DNA of 64,000 nt from Candidatus Latescibacterota bacterium (GTDB lineage: Bacteria; Latescibacterota; UBA2968): NCBI GenBank assembly GCA_965222605.1, contig OZ244960.1, forward strand, positions 1,120,001-1,184,000. The letters run 5' to 3'. The notes under the pieces are model-generated. The model searched no databases and was not told the origin of the DNA. It was given only the letters and a program-made list of their open reading frames with translations. Position numbers and translations under genes: made by a program. Positions 9,072 through 18,227 of this stretch are shown here, in pieces; the stretch's first letter is position 1, and each line of letters starts with the position of its first letter.

Positions 9072-9851
9072 ATGCCAGATACTACAACACAGTTGCATCC
9101 CGACCCCAAAGCCTGTGCTGTCGCCCGTGCGGTCTGCGACGTGGTCCACCCCAATACCGTCATCCTGTTCGGGTCCCGCGCCCGGGGCGACTTTACGCCC
9201 GATTCCGATATTGACCTGCTCATTATCACTGACTCCCAGCAGCTAAACCGGCAGGAATACATGCGCTCCAGTAAGGCGGCTCGCCGCAAAGTCCAGGAAG
9301 TTTACGGTCACTCCATGGGCGTTGACCTGGTCCACCTGAGCGAGGACGCTTTCCGCGATGGTCGCCGTGCCCGAAACCATGTCGCAGGGCAGGCTGTCCG
9401 CGACGGCGTCGATATACATGGCGCAAAAATAATCTATGACAACCCGGAACCGACCAACTGGCCCGATATACGACAGAGAATCATCAATGCCGAACGTGAA
9501 CTCCGCGTTCTGGAAGATCTGGTAGAAGCAAATTCAGCACCGGAAGCCATCGGCTTCCACGCCCAACAGGCTCTTGAAAACGTCCTAAAAGGCTGGATTT
9601 CAGCACTCGATACCGATTACAAAAACACCCACGACCTATCCGACCTATCCGCCATCATCCGAACCCATTTCGAAGAGATCGACACTCCCGCCAGTGAAAA
9701 GCTAACATGGCTGACCGACTATGCCGTAAGATACCGCTATCACGGCATAGAGGTCTGCGTGGAAGATCGCTTCGAGTTGCTCGCTGCGGTAAAAGAAACC
9801 GTAGAGATCATCATCGCCCGCATTCGGACACTGAGTAAAATGACTGGGTAG
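9072..9851 (+). CDS. Nucleotidyltransferase (MNT)-HEPN fusion protein
   Basis: N-terminal LFGSRARGDFTPDSDIDLL (GSx10DxD); C-terminal FHAQQALEN..K, THDL, RY typical of HEPN. Confidence 0.85.
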   Translation: MPDTTTQLHPDPKACAVARAVCDVVHPNTVILFGSRARGDFTPDSDIDLLIITDSQQLNRQEYMRSSKAARRKVQEVYGHSMGVDLVHLSEDAFRDGRRARNHVAGQAVRDGVDIHGAKIIYDNPEPTNWPDIRQRIINAERELRVLEDLVEANSAPEAIGFHAQQALENVLKGWISALDTDYKNTHDLSDLSAIIRTHFEEIDTPASEKLTWLTDYAVRYRYHGIEVCVEDRFELLAAVKETVEIIIARIRTLSKMTG

Positions 9852-9912
9852 GAAAGTGATGGGTAGCTTACTGATATGAATTTTACATTGATAAAGAATC
9901 AGGATTGACTAT

Positions 9913-9969
9913 ATTTTCCACTGGTCCGAAAATTCTGCGCATCAGGTATCGCTAACGGACTATCATTAG
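9913..9969 (+). pseudogene. higB: C-terminal stub of a HigB (RelE-like killer) toxin
   Basis: Translates IFHWSENSAHQVSLTDYH*, matching the HigB C-terminal FxW..xA..VxxxDYH pattern; in-frame stop upstream at 9892; directly before higA. Confidence 0.7.
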
Positions 9970-9985
9970 GCTATTGGAGACAATC

Positions 9986-10297
9986 ATGCTGCCAGAAAAT
10001 CGTATTCCGACGCATCCAGGAGAAATCCTTTTGGAAGAATTTCTGAAACCTCTGGGAATGACTCAAGTGGCATTTGCCAAACACATTGAAGTGCCACTTC
10101 AGAGGATTAACGAGATCATCCGTGGCAAGCGGGGCGTAACCCTTGAGACAGCCTGGTTATTTTCTCAAGCACTGGGCACAACGCCTGAGTTATGGATAAA
10201 TCTTCAACGGAATCACGATTTGGCTAAAAACCGACCAAAGAAAAAGATTCCAAAGCTTCAATCAGTGGATGCGCTGAATCTGTCACAACCTGAATGA
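9986..10297 (+). CDS. higA: HigA-family addiction-module antidote
   Basis: PTHPGEILLEEFLKPLGMTQ...INEIIRGKRGVT...WINLQ. Confidence 0.92.
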   Translation: MLPENRIPTHPGEILLEEFLKPLGMTQVAFAKHIEVPLQRINEIIRGKRGVTLETAWLFSQALGTTPELWINLQRNHDLAKNRPKKKIPKLQSVDALNLSQPE

Positions 10298-10348
10298 TAA
10301 GATATATGTAACGTCTGTTACTTTGCTAAAAAATCTGCCCTCACAAGA

Positions 10349-10381
10349 AAAGGGATGCACATATATTTGCATCCCTATTTC
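10349..10381. terminator. Probable bidirectional terminator
   Basis: AAAAGGGATGCA-catatatt-TGCATCCCTATTT. Confidence 0.6.
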
Positions 10382-10617
10382 ATATTGCACTTCAAGCGCG
10401 TTCTGTGAACTACTCTCCAAAACTGTGATCAATTAGAATGGCGACGGACATGTGGATATCGTGGTTGACGATGCCGCCAAAAACTTAATCCAGGAGAATG
10501 ACAGGACTGGCACATTTCGGCCGCGATAGGCGCAGAAGCCAATCAGAGGAAGGATAGGCAATGTATAGGCAGACATTTTGGGGACAAACACAATAGTGTA
10601 GCACGTAATACGGTTTG

Positions 10618-10646
10618 TTGACACCCTTTTGGATTTGGGCTATATT
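10618..10646 (+). promoter_or_regulatory. Sigma70-type promoter
   Basis: TTGACA-17 nt-TATATT upstream of ORF 10766. Confidence 0.6.
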
Positions 10647-10765
10647 GCTTGAAAGATTACTCTAATTTTTTCAAGACACGACCTTATAGCACACGGATAC
10701 AACAGATGATATAGTTTGTAAAGGAACAAAAAATAATAACTTAAAATCGCTCATGGAGTTTAATA

Positions 10766-11146
10766 ATGGCAACATTTACTGTTGATGAATTGGTCAAAGC
10801 TGCTGAGCAATTGCCTCAAATAGATTTGGAAAATTTGACGGCGCAGGTACTTACACTCAAGGCAAGACGCACAGCACCAGAATTGTCGAAAAATGAGGCT
10901 GAGTTGCTCCTAAATATCAACCGGGGAATGCCCGATGAGTTACAGAATCGATATCGGGAACTTATTGCTATCAGACGATCAGAAACACTGACCGAATCTG
11001 AACATGCCGAATTGCTTCACCTGACAAATCAGGTTGAAAAATATGATACAGAACGGCTGAAATATCTTACCGAACTGGCACGTATTCGAAAAATTTCTCT
11101 GACAGAGCTTTTGAATGAACTCGGCATCGAGCCAGCCTACACATAA
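10766..11146 (+). CDS. Small helical protein, putative partner/antitoxin of an HNH nuclease
   Basis: ELLLNINRG..ELxxRYxEL...RLxxLxELARIR..L..L...LGI pattern, a type I recall preceding HNH genes; an HNH stub follows. Confidence 0.65.
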   Translation: MATFTVDELVKAAEQLPQIDLENLTAQVLTLKARRTAPELSKNEAELLLNINRGMPDELQNRYRELIAIRRSETLTESEHAELLHLTNQVEKYDTERLKYLTELARIRKISLTELLNELGIEPAYT

Positions 11147-11149
11147 ACC

Positions 11150-11266
11150 GTGAACGCGAGACTGAAACAAGCTGTTATTCATCGTGCCCAGGGATGCTGT
11201 GAATACTGTCAGAGCCAGGCTCGTTTTGCAACCCATCCATTCTCTATTTCTGATCACAATAGATAA
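11150..11266 (+). pseudogene. Truncated HNH endonuclease (N-terminal stub)
   Basis: VNARLKQAVIHRAQGCCEYCQSQARFATHPFSISDHNR*: the RAxxCCEYC zinc knuckle is present but the frame breaks before the HNH core. Confidence 0.7.
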
Positions 11267-11444
11267 ATCGCCATAAAACTCCTTCAAAAATTGCTTGCAT
11301 TGGCAAACACAAAAAGCCCAACGGCCACCTCTAAACCGTTGGGCTTTTCCTAATGGATATTGCGCGTCGGTCAAATTTGTCGGATATTGCTTGTGCGTAT
11401 CCAGGGTGCTTCAACTCTTTTTTCTCTCTTCAAAACAACTACCC

Positions 11445-12455
11445 ATGCACATCTACATACTCAAAAGATTACTGGCACTAATTCCCACACTATTGGGCAT
11501 TACAGTGCTGGTTTTTTTTATGGTACATCTCGTACCTGGAGACCCCGCCCAGATCATGCTGGGCGAACGGGCAAGTGCCGAAAGTCTGGCGACACTGAGA
11601 CGCGATCTGGGCCTGGATCAGCCGTTACATGTGCAATTTGGACGCTATTTATCCGACCTGATGCAAGGCGATCTGGGGCGATCAATTAAATCGCACGAAC
11701 GGGTATCCGTCGAACTAATGGCGCGTTTTCCCGCCACAATGGAACTGACCTTCGCAAGCATGGTATTTGCCTGCATACTCGGCATTGGTGCAGGTATTGC
11801 ATCCGCGATTCGGCGCGGCACCTGGTGGGATTATATTGGCATGACGGCATCGCTGGCAGGGGTATCGGTACCCATCTTCTGGCTGGGATTATTGCTCATC
11901 CTGGCTCTTGCTGTCTCCCTACCGTTGTTTCCCGTCTCCGGACGACTCAGTTCTCATGTATTTATACCCACATGGACTGGATTTTACCTCATAGACAGCC
12001 TGATCGCAGGTGATCTGCCGAGTTTTGGCGACGCACTCTGGCATTTGATTCTGCCCAGTATAACGCTGGGCACCGTACCCGCCGCTGTTATTGCACGCAT
12101 GACTCGGTCGAGCTTGCTGGAAGTCCTGCGCGAAGATTATGTGCGCACTGCCTGGGCAAAAGGCTTATCTGAACGGGTCGTCATTTTGCGCCACGCAATG
12201 AAAAATGCATTCATCCCCGTATTAACCGTAATCAGCTTACAGTTCGGTTATCTATTGGGCGGCGCAGTCTTAACCGAAAGTATTTTTGCCTGGCCCGGGG
12301 TCGGGCGCTGGTTGCTCCTCTCCGTTTACGCCCGCGATTTTCGAGCAATTCAAGGGGGCGTACTGATCGTCGCTACAACCTTTGTGGTAATCAACTTGAT
12401 CGCAGACCTGTTATATGCCTGGTTGGACCCACGGATCAAATACAGCAAAGAGTAA
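11445..12455 (+). CDS. dppB: Peptide ABC transporter permease
   Basis: PGDPA, GLDQP, GDLGRS, EDYVRTAWAKGL, ESIFAWPGVG. Confidence 0.92.
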   Translation: MHIYILKRLLALIPTLLGITVLVFFMVHLVPGDPAQIMLGERASAESLATLRRDLGLDQPLHVQFGRYLSDLMQGDLGRSIKSHERVSVELMARFPATMELTFASMVFACILGIGAGIASAIRRGTWWDYIGMTASLAGVSVPIFWLGLLLILALAVSLPLFPVSGRLSSHVFIPTWTGFYLIDSLIAGDLPSFGDALWHLILPSITLGTVPAAVIARMTRSSLLEVLREDYVRTAWAKGLSERVVILRHAMKNAFIPVLTVISLQFGYLLGGAVLTESIFAWPGVGRWLLLSVYARDFRAIQGGVLIVATTFVVINLIADLLYAWLDPRIKYSKE

Positions 12456-12465
12456 ACGACACACA

Positions 12466-13335
12466 ATGTCACATATCCAGGACACCTTACAAACACCACC
12501 GCAAACCACCTCGCTTTTGATCTGGCAGCGATTGCGTAAAAATCGTCTCTCCATTGTGGGAAGTGTATTGATCGGCGGCTTTCTGCTACTGGCTCTCACA
12601 GCACCTCTAATCGCCCCCTCCAATCCAATGGCGCAGGCACTCTACAACCGCTTATCACCCCCAACGCTCGAACATCCATTCGGCACAGATGACTTTGGCC
12701 GAGACATATTGAGCCGCGTCATCTATGGTGCGAGGATCTCTCTGCGCGTCGGGGTATTTGCCGTAATGATCGCCCTTGTACTGGGCACTTGCATTGGGGT
12801 CGTCGCGGGCTATTGGGGAGGATGGATAGATCAAATATTGATGCGTCTGATGGATCTGCTACTCGCCTTCCCGAGCATATTGCTCGCAATCGGCATCGTG
12901 GCTATTTTGGGACCCGGCCTGGAAAATGCGATGTTGGCCATCGGTATTGTAGCAGTGCCGCAATATGCGCGCCTGATTCGCGCATCCGTCTTAACCGTGC
13001 GAGAAACCGATTACGTCATGGCCGCACGCGCCCTGGGGGCATCCGATTGGCGCATACTATGCGTGGCCGTCTTGCCCAATTGCCTCGCCCCATTGATCGT
13101 CCAGGCGACATTGGGATTGGCAACCGCGATCCTCGACGCTGCAGGACTGAGTTTTCTCGGCCTGGGCGCGCAACCCCCCATCCCCGAATGGGGCGCAATG
13201 TTGAGTCAAGGACGCGAACTGATTGTGCGCGCACCCTGGGTACTCACCTTTCCCGGTGGAGCGATCTTTTTTACAGTACTGGCGTTTAATCTGGTCGGCG
13301 ATGGTCTGCGAGACGCGCTGGATCCAAAGGCTTAA
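12466..13335 (+). CDS. dppC: Peptide ABC transporter permease
   Basis: HPFGTDDFGRD, YVMAARALGAS, PEWGAML, NLVGDGLRDALDP. Confidence 0.92.
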   Translation: MSHIQDTLQTPPQTTSLLIWQRLRKNRLSIVGSVLIGGFLLLALTAPLIAPSNPMAQALYNRLSPPTLEHPFGTDDFGRDILSRVIYGARISLRVGVFAVMIALVLGTCIGVVAGYWGGWIDQILMRLMDLLLAFPSILLAIGIVAILGPGLENAMLAIGIVAVPQYARLIRASVLTVRETDYVMAARALGASDWRILCVAVLPNCLAPLIVQATLGLATAILDAAGLSFLGLGAQPPIPEWGAMLSQGRELIVRAPWVLTFPGGAIFFTVLAFNLVGDGLRDALDPKA

Positions 13336-14567
13336 TTCAATTTCGCCATCGGACCGAGTGCGACAAGCGCGGGATCCGCATCGAGAGGATATTGTTCGAG
13401 ATAATCGGCAATGCGTTCTGGCGTGACGGCATCGATCTCCGCACGTTCTTCCTCGAGCGTTTTGAGTGGCGTATTAGTGCTCAAGCTACCCACAATTTGA
13501 GAGAAACGAGAAAGACCGTTTTCACCGCTGCAAATAATACCCGTAGCCTGTTTGGTCTTGGCGCGTTGGAGCGCGTCGCTATCAATACCGTTCTTTAAAT
13601 CCGCCATTTCGCGCCGCACAATATCGAGAACCTGAGACGCATTTTGCGGATCCACAGACAGATAAACATAAAAAAGCCCGGCATCGCTAAAATTGATATA
13701 CTCTGCCGACGCTTCATCGGCCAGACCCTCTTGAATAATAGACCAGTAGAGCCGGCTATTGGTCGATGCGCCCAAATAAACAGAAAGCAGATCTGCAGTA
13801 GCGGCATGATCATCGGATGACGGCGGCGCGGGAAGCGCGAGCGCAATGTGTTCGCGCGCCACACCATCGCGTTGCACAACGCGGTTTGCAGCGTGAAAGG
13901 CAGGGATTGATTGCTCGCGCCCGCGATCAGACACCTGCCAGTCTCCGCAATGTGCTTCAACAGCCCTAATGATTTCATCGCGATCAAACGCGCCTGTAAT
14001 GACAAACGTGAGGTTATTGGGACCATAGCGCCGCTGGTGATATTCTGCCATCAGATCGCGGGTAATGGACTTCACAGTATCCTCTGTGCCCAGCACACTC
14101 TGCCCTAAGGGATGATCGCCAAAAGCCTCTTGAATGAGATCGTCAATAATGAGCGCGTCGGGCTGGTCGTGATACATCGCAATCTCTTCGAGAATAACCT
14201 TCTTTTCCATATCAAACTCGTCCGATGGCAAATTGGCGCGCATCATATCGCTGAGAATTTCGATAGAATCCGTTGCCCGATCACTTTGCACCCAGTGAAA
14301 ATAGGCCGTGCCCTCCCACCATGTGTAGGCATTCCACATAGCGCCCAAATCATCGACATCGAGCGAAAGCTGCCGCCAGTCGCGCTTGGGCGTACCCTTG
14401 AAACACATGTGTTCGAGAAAATGTGAAATACCCAAAAAGGCCGGAGATTCATCGCGCGATCCCGTTTGGGCAAAAAACCCCAGCGCAGCCGAACGAATGC
14501 GCGGAATAGTTTCAAAAACAAGCGTGAGACCATTGTCGAGGGTATGCGTGGAAAAGGGTGAAGACAT
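13332..14567 (-). CDS. M16 zinc metallopeptidase, catalytic subunit
   Basis: Inverted zinc motif HFLEH plus the downstream EEIAM glutamate. Confidence 0.9.
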   Translation of the reverse strand: MSSPFSTHTLDNGLTLVFETIPRIRSAALGFFAQTGSRDESPAFLGISHFLEHMCFKGTPKRDWRQLSLDVDDLGAMWNAYTWWEGTAYFHWVQSDRATDSIEILSDMMRANLPSDEFDMEKKVILEEIAMYHDQPDALIIDDLIQEAFGDHPLGQSVLGTEDTVKSITRDLMAEYHQRRYGPNNLTFVITGAFDRDEIIRAVEAHCGDWQVSDRGREQSIPAFHAANRVVQRDGVAREHIALALPAPPSSDDHAATADLLSVYLGASTNSRLYWSIIQEGLADEASAEYINFSDAGLFYVYLSVDPQNASQVLDIVRREMADLKNGIDSDALQRAKTKQATGIICSGENGLSRFSQIVGSLSTNTPLKTLEEERAEIDAVTPERIADYLEQYPLDADPALVALGPMAKLN

Positions 14568-14611
14568 GAGTTGCTCCTGGAGAAAGCGGTGAGACGTAAA
14601 AAGCTGATAGC

Positions 14612-15475
14612 TTATAAACTCTTTGCCATTGCAATCGCTTCGTGCTCGGGCAGATAGGGCACATCAGTGCGATCCCAACTGCGCCTGCCAGCGACACAGT
14701 GGATACCCATCAGTTGTCGTTTTTGGGGGGTATCGGCCCAATCGACAATGCTTTGTGGCGGTGGACTCGCGATCCATTTTTTTACAAAAAAGGGCATATA
14801 GCCATAAATAACCATGCGCCGATCCATCGCACTGGTATTGGCACATCCCGTATGCCAGCAGACCACATTCCACAGCACGGCATCGCCGGCATTGAGAGCC
14901 ATCTTCTTCATATTGGGCATGGTTTCCAGAGCATCTCCCGAATAGTCTTCTTTGGGCGGATAATCCGGATTTGTATGTGTGCCAGGTACCAATGAAAAAC
15001 ATCCCATGTCTGTGGTCTGATCGTCGATAAAATAAAAAATTTTAATCTTGAGCGTATATTGCGGGTGCGTCCATGGCGGCCAGTCTCGGTGCCAGGACGT
15101 ATGGGCGGCAGTGCCTGCATGGTGATTGTGATAGAGCATTTCCATCGCCTGATAATCCGGGCCGACGATATTTTCGACATAGGGAATAACACTGGGATTA
15201 TTGGCCAGGTCGAGAATGGTCTCATCTGTGTCAAAGTCCGGGCGAATAGTATGCGCGTACGGTCCATTGCCATAGCCATTTCTGAACTTGCCGAGCCGAA
15301 GCTCTTTTTTTCGCTCTACAAGCATTTCTGACTCGCGGCGTTCAAAAGCCCGTCGCACCCGGTCCAGACCAATGGGTTCAATAGCGTTTTTGATCACCTT
15401 ATATCCATTTTCATCGTAAAAAGCGCGCTCTTCATCGGTTGGTGCCGAATATTGTATTGCATCGATCGTTGCCAT
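14612..15475 (-). CDS. Phytanoyl-CoA dioxygenase (PhyH)-family Fe(II)/2-oxoglutarate oxygenase
   Basis: ENGY, WHRD, LVPGTH, distal WHTG...N...RR. Confidence 0.85.
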   Translation of the reverse strand: MATIDAIQYSAPTDEERAFYDENGYKVIKNAIEPIGLDRVRRAFERRESEMLVERKKELRLGKFRNGYGNGPYAHTIRPDFDTDETILDLANNPSVIPYVENIVGPDYQAMEMLYHNHHAGTAAHTSWHRDWPPWTHPQYTLKIKIFYFIDDQTTDMGCFSLVPGTHTNPDYPPKEDYSGDALETMPNMKKMALNAGDAVLWNVVCWHTGCANTSAMDRRMVIYGYMPFFVKKWIASPPPQSIVDWADTPQKRQLMGIHCVAGRRSWDRTDVPYLPEHEAIAMAKSL

Positions 15476-15510
15476 AAATTGCTCCTGTGAGAACTGGGTG
15501 GCGTTATGCG

Positions 15511-16755
15511 CTACATTATCTCTTTATTTTCCAGCGGTCGAGGCCCCAAAACCAGTAATGTACCAGGTGTTGGGGGAAAAGTTTCAATATATTGCGGAAT
15601 CTGACCGAGGGTAACGGCATCAATACCGGCGGCAATTTCGTCAATCGTTCGCACGCGGCCCTCGAGAAATAAGTCTTCGATAACGCCACCAGCGCGGCCC
15701 TCGGGCAAATCGCCAATAGTAAAAAGGCGTCCCTTGAGCACTGTTTTGGCACGAATGAGTTCTTCAGTGGTGACATCGCGGCGCAATCGCGCGAGTTCCG
15801 ATTGACATACATCCAGGGTCTCCTGAGCGCGATCAGCAGTGGTACCTGCATAAACAGCCATCAGACCGCCGCCGCGGTATGCCTGATAAAAAGCCGACAC
15901 ACTATACGCCAGGCCGCGTTTTTCGCGGACCTCTGTAAATAATCGGCTCGATCCACCGCCGGAAAGAATGGCGATGGCGAGTTGTCCAGCGTAATAGAGG
16001 TCGTGACCTCTTGGAACACCACAAGAAAGCAGACAAATATGGGCTTGTTCCGATGGCTTTTCGTGATGTACACTGCGGTCGGCAACAGAAATGGGATGGA
16101 CACCCTCGCTGTCCGGTGATTCGCCTGTCCACCCGCCAAAAACATCGCTAACAGTCTCGATCACAATTTCCGCATCCAGACCGCCTGCAACCCCAATGAG
16201 CAAATGGGCTGGCCTGCAATGTGCATCCCAATGGCGGCGAACGCCCGCAGGTGTAATAGCCGATACTGTATCGGGTTCGCCGAGGGGGATTCTACCCATC
16301 GGTGAGCCAAGCCCCGCCTTATAGGTCATATACATGGCCTGTTGTATGGGGTTGTCCTCCATGCGTTTGAGTTCCTCAAGGGTGATGGTCTTGGCGATTT
16401 CGACCTGGTCACTGGGAAAAGACGCACTGCGAAAAAGTTCGGCATAAAGTTCAAGTGCGGGTTTGAATTTGTCGGGCAGGACTTGTGCAAAAAAAGAGGT
16501 ATGTTCGACAGAGGTCGAAGAACTGCGCCTTATACCAAGACCGTCAAAAGCGTCAAATATAGCGCGGGCGTCATGCCTGGGCGTACCCTTAAAAAGAACA
16601 TCTTCTGCAATGCGCGTAATGCCCAATCTGTCGTTGGGATCGTCTTTCGCACCAAAAATAAAACGAAATGAAACAACAAGCGATTGCGCGCCGGGCATGG
16701 GTTCGGCCACCACGCGAATCCCATTGTCGAGAGTATAAATTTGTGGCTCAGACAT
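15511..16755 (-). CDS. M16 peptidase, non-catalytic partner subunit
   Basis: M16 fold with HxxEH replaced by RIAED; C-terminal SSRLFTEVREKRGLAYSV. Confidence 0.85.
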   Translation of the reverse strand: MSEPQIYTLDNGIRVVAEPMPGAQSLVVSFRFIFGAKDDPNDRLGITRIAEDVLFKGTPRHDARAIFDAFDGLGIRRSSSTSVEHTSFFAQVLPDKFKPALELYAELFRSASFPSDQVEIAKTITLEELKRMEDNPIQQAMYMTYKAGLGSPMGRIPLGEPDTVSAITPAGVRRHWDAHCRPAHLLIGVAGGLDAEIVIETVSDVFGGWTGESPDSEGVHPISVADRSVHHEKPSEQAHICLLSCGVPRGHDLYYAGQLAIAILSGGGSSRLFTEVREKRGLAYSVSAFYQAYRGGGLMAVYAGTTADRAQETLDVCQSELARLRRDVTTEELIRAKTVLKGRLFTIGDLPEGRAGGVIEDLFLEGRVRTIDEIAAGIDAVTLGQIPQYIETFPPTPGTLLVLGPRPLENKEIM

Positions 16756-16919
16756 TGTGGTCCTCAAATAAAATGTAGGGGCTGTGCCTCTGTGACCGCC
16801 CAAAGAATGCAGGGGCGATATCTCTGCGCTCGCCCAATCGGTTTTTCATGTAACAACAAGAATATATATTGTCAATAGATATTGTGACACTTATCCCCTT
16901 TCAGGAGGTCATCATCTTC

Positions 16920-17894
16920 ATGAACGTCAAAGTTGAAAATTTGCGTGCGTTATGCCAGTCTATCCTGACCGATCGCGGACTCGACGCGGCTGACGCGCAT
17001 ATTGTGACAGATATTTTGATTGAAGCCGAATTGCGCGGGCGTTCAACACACGGGATGATCCGCTTGCCCGGCATTGTCGAGCGCGTATCTCAAAGTAATC
17101 AATCACCCATGGTCGTAGAAAAAGATGCGCCGGTTTATGCTCTCATCAATGGACGGGATAATCTGGGCTATCTGGTAGCACATCGGTGTGCGTGCACCGC
17201 AATTGACAAAGCCAAACAGAGTGGGGTGGGCATTGTGGGCGCGCGCGACACGAGCCACAGTGGGATGCTGGGCTATTACGCCTCAATGATAGCCGATGCG
17301 GGACTGATCGGACTGGTTATGTGCAACACAGGCCCGCGCATTGTCCCCTGGGGCGGGCAGCAGCCCGTGCTTGGAACAAATCCCATCGCGGCGGGATTTC
17401 CCGCAGCAGAAGGCCAGATACTGGTCGATTTTTCGTGTGCGGCGATTACCAATGGCGAAATATTGATGGCACTCAAAGACGGCAAAGAAATTCCCGCAGG
17501 ACGCGCATTGGGACCAGATGGCAAGCCTACAACTGATCCCGAGCAAGCGCGCGCAGGCGGGGCATTGCCCTTTGGCGAACACAAAGGATATGCTTTGAGT
17601 GTGATGATTCAACTCTTTTCTGGCGTATTGCTCAATGCTGCACCCGTGCCTGAAATGGGAAAAAATTATGGAATTTTTATGCTGGCTATCGATCCTGCAA
17701 TTTTCTTGGGAATGGACATCTTTCAATCGGGCGTTGGCGAAGTCATCTACACCATTAAAAATTCAATGCCCGCAGAAGGCGTAACCGAAATTTTGATCCC
17801 GGGCGAACGCGCGTTTAGAGAACGCGCGATGCGGATACAGTCGGGTGTGGATATCGACGATGAATTAATAGAAGAACTCCAGCAATTAGCGTAG
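16920..17894 (+). CDS. Ldh_2-family (malate/L-lactate/ureidoglycolate-type) oxidoreductase
   Basis: RGRSTHG, SHSG, GTNPIA, HKGYAL, IPGER. Confidence 0.88.
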   Translation: MNVKVENLRALCQSILTDRGLDAADAHIVTDILIEAELRGRSTHGMIRLPGIVERVSQSNQSPMVVEKDAPVYALINGRDNLGYLVAHRCACTAIDKAKQSGVGIVGARDTSHSGMLGYYASMIADAGLIGLVMCNTGPRIVPWGGQQPVLGTNPIAAGFPAAEGQILVDFSCAAITNGEILMALKDGKEIPAGRALGPDGKPTTDPEQARAGGALPFGEHKGYALSVMIQLFSGVLLNAAPVPEMGKNYGIFMLAIDPAIFLGMDIFQSGVGEVIYTIKNSMPAEGVTEILIPGERAFRERAMRIQSGVDIDDELIEELQQLA

Positions 17895-17911
17895 AGATCA
17901 CCTCTTTACCC

Positions 17912-17940
17912 TTGACAGCCCGAATGGGGTTGGCTACCTT
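17912..17940 (+). promoter_or_regulatory. Sigma70-type promoter of the riboswitch leader
   Basis: TTGACA-17 nt-TACCTT just 5' of the aptamer. Confidence 0.6.
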
Positions 17941-17948
17941 TCCGTTCC

Positions 17949-18137
17949 GCAAGGGTAGAGGCGCGAGCGATCATCAGTATGCGGCACAAGAGGCGAAACG
18001 GGATACTGCTCCACTGTGCCGACAAAAAGGGATCGTTCGCCGAAGTCCTGACCTGTTTCGCCGCAGGGCAGGGCTGGTTCAGTGAATAATATCTGCTGAA
18101 CTGTCACGGGAAAGGTTTCCGTGGAGTGCTCTCTTGT
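17949..18137 (+). ncRNA. Lysine riboswitch (L-box) aptamer
   Basis: AGAGGCGC start, AGUA, AAAGG..GCCGAA, kissing loops GGCGAAAC/GTTTCGCC, CTGTCA...GGAGTGCT end; upstream of dapA. Confidence 0.9.
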
Positions 18138-18160
18138 TCGCGAGATTTTCTGCTGTGCTT

Positions 18161-18201
18161 AGCGTCTGGCGATACCCTTGAGAAGCCGGCGCTTTTTTTT
18201 T
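18161..18201 (+). terminator. Riboswitch expression-platform terminator
   Basis: AGCGTCTGGC...GCCGGCGCT followed by a T run, before the dapA RBS. Confidence 0.75.
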
Positions 18202-18227
18202 GCAAAGTGCAGAAACTGGAGGTTTTT

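Noticed and set aside
5844-12459. 12-bp direct repeat AAGAGTAAACGA at the ends of dppA and dppB as an att or target-site duplication
   Set aside because: It brackets dppB as well as the island and includes Glu-stop codons; probably coincidental.
16920-17894. Ldh_2 gene as DpkA in lysine catabolism because it adjoins the lysine riboswitch
   Set aside because: It lies upstream of the riboswitch promoter, and substrate cannot be assigned from the motifs.
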